A DNA stretch of 62,634 nucleotides from Methanobacteriota archaeon (lineage in GTDB: Archaea; Thermoplasmatota; Poseidoniia; Poseidoniales; Poseidoniaceae): positions 1 through 62,634 of the forward strand of contig JABIUA010000017.1 of assembly GCA_018667575.1 (NCBI GenBank), in the 5' to 3' direction. The notes under the pieces are model-generated. The model searched no databases. It was not told the DNA's origin and worked only from the letters and a program-made list of their open reading frames with translations. The position numbers and the translations under genes are program-made. Of this stretch, positions 56,997-62,634 are shown in pieces; position 1 is the first letter of the stretch, and every line of letters starts with the position of its first letter.

Positions 56997-58062
56997 GGAC
57001 ACTGCTTGGTGGCGACGCCCATCAACATTACCTTTGATTATTTTATCAATGGCTCTTTTGATTATAATTGCAGGAGGCTCCATTAGGATTAATGATGCAG
57101 GCGAATCATGTCCAGATTGGCCAAAGTGTTTTGGTACATACGGGTTTGATGTGTCTCCTGAGGAGCAGGGTCAGTACTGGGAAGAAAATCCGGATGAAAT
57201 TGATTCACGTGGTGAATTCCATAGATACACAGTGTTTGAGATATTCCTCGAATGGGTTCATCGTTTACTAGTTGGAATTATTGCAATTCCCATCATTGCT
57301 AACTTTTTCATATCTAGGAAGAGGATAGAAACTTATGGTAAATCGAATTATTATTCTTCAATATTCATCGGAATTATGTTAGTTATTCAAGCGGCAGCAG
57401 GCGCAACTACAGTATTTTTTGACAATGCGGACTGGACGGTAGCACTACATCTCTCACTCGCATGTATTTTCTCAGCATCTATAATTTGGCAATATTTGCT
57501 GATGCGTGTTAAAGAGGGTGTAAGTTGGACTTTTCTTTCCACATCAAAACAATTTATTGAAGAGAATAAAAAGAGATTTGATGCAATTGCAGGGTCAGTA
57601 CTATTCTTACTTATTCTTGGAGCATGGGTATCTTCTACAGCAGGCGGACAATATAATCAATCATGCTCAGTAGGATTTCCAGATGGATGGCCGAAATGTA
57701 ACGGTTCAATTTTACCATCAATGGATGGTCCCGGTGTACTAATACAAATGATTCATCGTATTGGTGCTCTAGTAATCGGTTTCATTCTACTCGCTTCAAT
57801 AATCAAGGTTAAGAAAGATAATGAAGACTCACCGGAATCAGATATTTTTGTCAAATATATGTATCATACTGGTCAACTTTGGTTGTTAAACTTACTGATT
57901 GGTGCTAGTTATTTGATTTTTGCAAAGGCTGGAGACTTCCCTGAATGGCTTTCTCTGCTTCATTTGGTTGGCGGGGTTTCTTGTTTCCTAGTTTCCCTAG
58001 TTTGTCCGTTTATGATTAGGTTGTCATCACTATCAACAAATATAAACTCGGCAGAGGAGTGA
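56995..58062 (+). CDS. ctaA: Heme A synthase (COX15/CtaA)
   Basis: CPDWPKC, EWVHR, VALHL, IHR, LLHL. Confidence 0.9.
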   Translation: MDTAWWRRPSTLPLIILSMALLIIIAGGSIRINDAGESCPDWPKCFGTYGFDVSPEEQGQYWEENPDEIDSRGEFHRYTVFEIFLEWVHRLLVGIIAIPIIANFFISRKRIETYGKSNYYSSIFIGIMLVIQAAAGATTVFFDNADWTVALHLSLACIFSASIIWQYLLMRVKEGVSWTFLSTSKQFIEENKKRFDAIAGSVLFLLILGAWVSSTAGGQYNQSCSVGFPDGWPKCNGSILPSMDGPGVLIQMIHRIGALVIGFILLASIIKVKKDNEDSPESDIFVKYMYHTGQLWLLNLLIGASYLIFAKAGDFPEWLSLLHLVGGVSCFLVSLVCPFMIRLSSLSTNINSAEE

Positions 58063-59093
58063 GCCTCATGGACGATACTGTTGCCTTGGATGCCGGTGTC
58101 GAAAGTCATCCAGGATGGATGAGCGTATTTATTCAGTTAATGAAATTACGAGTAATCGTTTTACTTCAAATAACCGCAGTTTGCGCAATATTGATTCACG
58201 ATTTATTATCACGTCACGGGTTGCTAGATATTGAAAGAACTTGGACGGATACTTGTTTTACTATTCTAATTACTTTAATCGGAGGTACATTATCTGCAGG
58301 TGGTTCAAATTCTATCAATATGTGGTATGATTCTGACATAGATGTATTGATGAGAAGAACTCAAAAGAGGCCAATTCCGTTAGGTCATATTTCGCCAGTT
58401 GGTGCGCTTATATTTGGAATAATAATTTCATTATTGGGGTCCTCGGTATTTTTTGTTTTGCACTGGAAGGCAGCCTTTTGGTCCTTCTTTTCTGTGTTCT
58501 TTTATGTTTTGATATATTCTATGTGGTTGAAGAGAAGAACACCTCAAAACATAGTCATTGGAGGAATTGCCGGTGCAACTCCACCTCTAATCGGCTGGGC
58601 AGGAGCTGCAGGAGAATCTTTGAATAATCTAAATCCGTTTGATTTAGGCTCTGCAATCCCTTGGATGCTCTTTGCACTAATCTTCCTATGGACACCTCCA
58701 CATTTTTGGGCACTTGCTCTGTATCGTTCTGGTGAATACGCTAAAGCAGAAGTTCCTATGATGAATGAGGTAAAAGGGGCCGAGTATACTTTGAAACAAT
58801 CAAAAATTTACTGCGTATTACTCTTTCTGCTCAGTATAGTTCCATACTTCTGGCCTGAATCAGGATTGCCAATGTTGTGGATTCCAATTTCAGTTGGACT
58901 TACTATCTGGTATTCTATTTCGGTTTGGAACATTGATCCAAAAGAAGAATTTGATTCTAACGGCCGAATGCCAAAGGCAGCCAAATCATTTTTCCGTTCG
59001 TTATACTATCTTGGTTGGATGTTCATTCTTTTGGTATTGATTTGTATCATTCCACCTGATTTACTGGGTTGGCTGGGTCCATTAGAGTCTTAA
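58059..59093 (+). CDS. ctaB: Protoheme IX farnesyltransferase (heme O synthase)
   Basis: NMWYDSDID.LMRRT.KRP, LKRRTPQNIVIGG, WTPPHFWAL. Confidence 0.95.
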   Translation: MSLMDDTVALDAGVESHPGWMSVFIQLMKLRVIVLLQITAVCAILIHDLLSRHGLLDIERTWTDTCFTILITLIGGTLSAGGSNSINMWYDSDIDVLMRRTQKRPIPLGHISPVGALIFGIIISLLGSSVFFVLHWKAAFWSFFSVFFYVLIYSMWLKRRTPQNIVIGGIAGATPPLIGWAGAAGESLNNLNPFDLGSAIPWMLFALIFLWTPPHFWALALYRSGEYAKAEVPMMNEVKGAEYTLKQSKIYCVLLFLLSIVPYFWPESGLPMLWIPISVGLTIWYSISVWNIDPKEEFDSNGRMPKAAKSFFRSLYYLGWMFILLVLICIIPPDLLGWLGPLES

Positions 59094-59152
59094 AATCACT
59101 TGATTTCTTGACCGTCATATTCATGACTTAAACGAAAGTGGCGAGGTTTACT

Positions 59153-59239
59153 GCGGCAGTCGCATAGCCTGGCCATTGCGCTGGATTGCTAATCCAGTGG
59201 TGTTTCACCTCGGGAGTTCGAATCTCCCCTGCCGCGCCA
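59153..59239 (+). tRNA. tRNA-Ser(GCT) with encoded CCA
   Basis: Acceptor GCGGCAG/CTGCCGC, G discriminator, CCA; anticodon arm CTGGA-TTGCTAA-TCCAG; long variable arm; T arm GGGAG-TTCGAAT-CTCCC. Confidence 0.95.
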
Positions 59240-59244
59240 TAACG

Positions 59245-62229
59245 TCAGTCAAAGAAGTCATCAAATTCGTCTGCCATTGAGTCAGCCATCTTTTGTCTGT
59301 TTCTAGCATTGATTACTCTATTTAGACGCTTACGCTTCTTGATTATCAGTGGGAGTGCTATGAAGCTAAAACAAATAGTTACTAGTACAACAACCCCTGC
59401 AATTTTAAATTCATCTTGTTCTAAACTATCACTGAAGTTTCCAAGCCATTCATTTCCTAATGGTGGTTCTTCCGGCTCTTCTTCTGCTGGAATTATGTGT
59501 TGGTAATATGACCACCAGTCATCTTCGATGTACACTCTTTCAACATTTTGTGATGGGAATTGGATGACACTCTTTTCATTTCCAACCCAGTCCACTGGTG
59601 TCAAAATATAGTAGTAAGTTCTTTGAGGTCTAATTCCATCATCTTCCCAGCCGTATTCAGTATAGTTCCCTGACTGCATAGGAATTGCTTCCATATCTGC
59701 CAAGATGGGGTTGATCAAAGATATATCAATACCATCAGGATTTTGTTCAATTCGGTATAGGTTCCAAGTGACATTTCCATCAATTTCGTGTTCTGGCCAA
59801 GTCCATGTGAGTTCCACAGAATAGCACATTGACCAATCATTTTCAATCTTGAAGCAGTCGCTACTATTAGTGAACTCCCAAGTGTGTTGGAATTGAATGG
59901 CAGTGGTAGTAGGTGGCTCGTTATCACCACACAGATATGTCCCGTTTCCGCCTTCGTCAGTAGTAACATTTGCTCTTTCGAAATAAGCAGTTCCTTGTCG
60001 GTCCACTGGGACAATGGCATAGGAAGAACATAATCCCTCTTCAAGTTTCAATGGGTCGTTCCATGTACTCTCTTCGATACTTAAGAACGCTCTAAAAGAA
60101 TTTGTTGTTAGGTCATCCCACACCAACTGATTGAATATTTGATTAGATGATGGGAATACAGTTCCTCCAGTTTCAGGTAAACTGATTTGATAGATGTTCC
60201 ATCCTCCGATATAGTCATTGTTTATATCACCAGTAGGGGTCCATTCTAGACTAAATTTGCCTCCCTCTGCTAGCGATGTAGTGAAATTTTCAGCGTAGAC
60301 TTCGGGGGTATTGATTTGTCCTATTATTAGTATAGTAATGGAATTATAAATAGTCAATGATATATTCTCATTTAATGCGTCAAATACAGGTTCTGATGAT
60401 TCAAATATCTCCCATGTAGTATCTTCGAAATTATCCAAACTTCGAATTTCCAATGAATTGAATGGGATGGAATCTAGTAACAAATAGGATGTGTTTAATT
60501 CAATGTTCATCCAGTTTGAGCCTGTGAATAGAGAACTGTTATCCGATTCCCTAATTAAATTAAAAGATAGCATTAGAAGTGGAGATTTACCATTACCCAC
60601 TCCATATGATTCGCCGATAATTGGTAACATAGTCTGTGTTATTATCACAGATTCTTCAGTCGTGACGCCAGATGCGATAAATTCAGGGAAATTATCTTGT
60701 TCGGCATAATAGTATACATTTACAACTTCAAATATATTTTCAGTATTACCAAAAACATCACGAACAGTCAGTCTAATTATGTGCTCTCCAAGTCCCAAGG
60801 AGTTAGAATCGATAATTAGATTTTCACCATATCCTAGATTTATAATTCCAGCATACCACCAAGAGTAATTAATTGGGCCAGGAGCGAATAAGTTAGCATT
60901 ACCTGTTAGACTGATTTGGTCTAGATTTGTATACCATGGTTTTTGATTATTGTTCACTATGTATCCGCTCAATGATGGAATTACAATATCGGTATTTTCT
61001 ATAATTTGATTATTTTCAATAATAGTGTCATTTCCATCTTCAGTGATAACTGGAATAGATACTATCATTTCCAAATATTCTCCGCTCGTAAGAACGTCAA
61101 AATTACAAGCGAATGAATTGCCCGGATGAATTAATTCAACAAAGCAATCATCTAGCGTTTGAGACTCACCTATCGCATTAAACACTTCCATAGTAACAGT
61201 TAGATTGTGTACAGACTTATTCCCGTCATTGGATATTTGTGCGTAAACCATATTTTCTCCAAAGTAATATTCCGAAGATGAGGGGTTGTGAGATGGATTC
61301 ATTTGAAGAAGTACTAAATCAACATCATCATTTATTGTAATTAATTCTTGATTAATATTATTGTCATTCACCATATCATTATTGGGGCTACCGGCCGAGT
61401 TGAACATGCCATAGTGAAGCATAAAATTCCCAGTCGCATTGTGACTGAAATCAGGTAAACTAATCGAAAAGGGTTTGTAATATCCATACTGGGGGAAGGA
61501 TGAATGGTCGGTCAACGATTCAGAGATTTTCTCGCTAGAATCAATATTCCATAACTGCCATCCAATACTTGCATTAATTTGACAAGAACCGCACAAATGG
61601 GAATATCCATTGAATTCGAATGAGTAATTAGTATTAGAATTGATTATCGACTGCCCTTCATAATCTGCAAGATTCTCGGTTTGGTCTAGGATATTTATTT
61701 CGTCATTTATCATTATATCCGTGTAAGTGGTAGTGGAGTTTACTATGAATGAAAATTCATCATTACTTGAATCAAAATCTAATTGGTCGAATTTGTAAAT
61801 AATAGTCATATTTCCATTGTAGCCATTTGGATTGAAGTAGGTAGTTGATTCGAAAGTTTGTTTTATTCCTGGTAGTATTGAACTAATTGTAATACTGCCA
61901 TCTTCTACACTTGAACTGATACAAGTGTTAGTATTCTTGACCCCCTCACAAACGTACCAGTCTAATACTCTTCCAGAAGCGGATGGTGAGGCATGAAAGT
62001 TCTCAATTTCTACCTGCAATAAAATAGAGTCATAAGCTGCTATCCATGTATCTTCTAGCGGATAAACAGTTGAGTTGATGCCCAAGTCTCCTCCTGCTGC
62101 AGCTTCGCTGCTAGGCGCCATTGCTATGCTTGAAAGTGAAGCAAATAGTAGCAAAAAAACAAACGTAAAGCAACTTTTTTGGTTGCCATTTAGCCGCTTA
62201 TTAACCGCACTCATGCACCTTCCTCTCAT
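59245..62229 (-). CDS. Large secreted multi-Ig-like-domain (CARDB/PKD/FN3-like) surface protein with C-terminal TM
   Basis: Signal peptide, D..N(N/D) CARDB-like ends, LGEHIIRLTVRD, YYILTPVD..GNE; TM followed by KKRKR. Confidence 0.75.
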   Translation of the reverse strand: MRGRCMSAVNKRLNGNQKSCFTFVFLLLFASLSSIAMAPSSEAAAGGDLGINSTVYPLEDTWIAAYDSILLQVEIENFHASPSASGRVLDWYVCEGVKNTNTCISSSVEDGSITISSILPGIKQTFESTTYFNPNGYNGNMTIIYKFDQLDFDSSNDEFSFIVNSTTTYTDIMINDEINILDQTENLADYEGQSIINSNTNYSFEFNGYSHLCGSCQINASIGWQLWNIDSSEKISESLTDHSSFPQYGYYKPFSISLPDFSHNATGNFMLHYGMFNSAGSPNNDMVNDNNINQELITINDDVDLVLLQMNPSHNPSSSEYYFGENMVYAQISNDGNKSVHNLTVTMEVFNAIGESQTLDDCFVELIHPGNSFACNFDVLTSGEYLEMIVSIPVITEDGNDTIIENNQIIENTDIVIPSLSGYIVNNNQKPWYTNLDQISLTGNANLFAPGPINYSWWYAGIINLGYGENLIIDSNSLGLGEHIIRLTVRDVFGNTENIFEVVNVYYYAEQDNFPEFIASGVTTEESVIITQTMLPIIGESYGVGNGKSPLLMLSFNLIRESDNSSLFTGSNWMNIELNTSYLLLDSIPFNSLEIRSLDNFEDTTWEIFESSEPVFDALNENISLTIYNSITILIIGQINTPEVYAENFTTSLAEGGKFSLEWTPTGDINNDYIGGWNIYQISLPETGGTVFPSSNQIFNQLVWDDLTTNSFRAFLSIEESTWNDPLKLEEGLCSSYAIVPVDRQGTAYFERANVTTDEGGNGTYLCGDNEPPTTTAIQFQHTWEFTNSSDCFKIENDWSMCYSVELTWTWPEHEIDGNVTWNLYRIEQNPDGIDISLINPILADMEAIPMQSGNYTEYGWEDDGIRPQRTYYYILTPVDWVGNEKSVIQFPSQNVERVYIEDDWWSYYQHIIPAEEEPEEPPLGNEWLGNFSDSLEQDEFKIAGVVVLVTICFSFIALPLIIKKRKRLNRVINARNRQKMADSMADEFDDFFD

Positions 62230-62337
62230 TGAACATTCAAAGACTCATCGCTTCCATTTGACAAAAAGTGGCAAAAATCATACCCAATCATGTATGTCAA
62301 TCGGTAACCTCTTGAATCACTCTCACTTACCACTAAC

Positions 62338-62634
62338 ATGCGCAAGCAGTCTCATCATTCTCTTCAAAGAGATGAAACGGCTTTGACCGCAGTTATTGAA
62401 TTTCTTTCAGCCTTCACATTATTTTTGATGATATTGACTGCTTTTCTTTCATTGGCCCAGCTTGAAATGGGTTCGAACGACACATCTGTTGACCGAATTG
62501 ACCGTGCAGCATACAATGGTCTCGATCGAATGACATCAAATAGTGGGTGGTTTGTCCCTATGTCGGATTCGACTTTAGATTATGCAAATGCGACTGCAGA
62601 TTGGCATCAAATCGATGCAAGTGATTTACATCAA
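62338..62634 (+). CDS. Putative type IV pilin-like protein with class III signal peptide (truncated by window edge)
   Basis: Not in the ORF track. Manual translation MRKQSHHSLQRDETA/LTAVIEFLSAFTLFLMILTAFLSLAQ...; open to the end of the window. Confidence 0.6.
   Translation, partial: MRKQSHHSLQRDETALTAVIEFLSAFTLFLMILTAFLSLAQLEMGSNDTSVDRIDRAAYNGLDRMTSNSGWFVPMSDSTLDYANATADWHQIDASDLHQ

Noticed and set aside
400..62386. Numerous short ORFs antisense or out-of-frame to the called genes (e.g. 400-669, 7965-8366, 49007-49531, 62075-62386)
   Set aside because: They overlap well-supported CDS and show no recognisable motifs.
59153..62634. Integrated element at tRNA-Ser
   Set aside because: No integrase, no duplicated tRNA 3' end (att site) noticed, and no viral genes in the window.

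Overview
Gene-dense, AT-rich archaeal chromosomal segment with about 55 CDS and one tRNA-Ser(GCT). The gene content best fits Marine Group II Euryarchaeota (Ca. Poseidoniales); this is inference from archaeal rpoK, purP, ribL, aroA'/aroB' and GHMP shikimate kinase occurring alongside bacterial-type gpsA, a PlsC-like acyltransferase and orn, plus PGF-CTERM-like surface proteins and S8 proteases. No mobile elements or CRISPR arrays were seen. The standout is a putative iron-acquisition locus at about 5.4-10.9 kb. It contains (1) a two-lobed lipoprotein that would be auto-annotated as PhnD but carries transferrin motifs and the Asp/Glu-Tyr-Tyr-His Fe(III) ligand set in both lobes, (2) a PhnC/PhnE-type ABC ATPase and permease, (3) upstream YbaN and HmuY-like genes, and (4) three TTAGG-N4-CCTAA DtxR/SirR-type palindromes beside the TATA boxes. 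Other notable items are a Gar1-RGG-RanBP2 zinc-finger fusion at the left edge, a 4-hydroxybenzoyl-CoA reductase-like hcrCAB operon with Mo-cofactor maturation genes, bacterial-type glycerol-3-phosphate lipid genes and a mosaic riboflavin operon. All calls come from motif recognition by eye; no searches were run.
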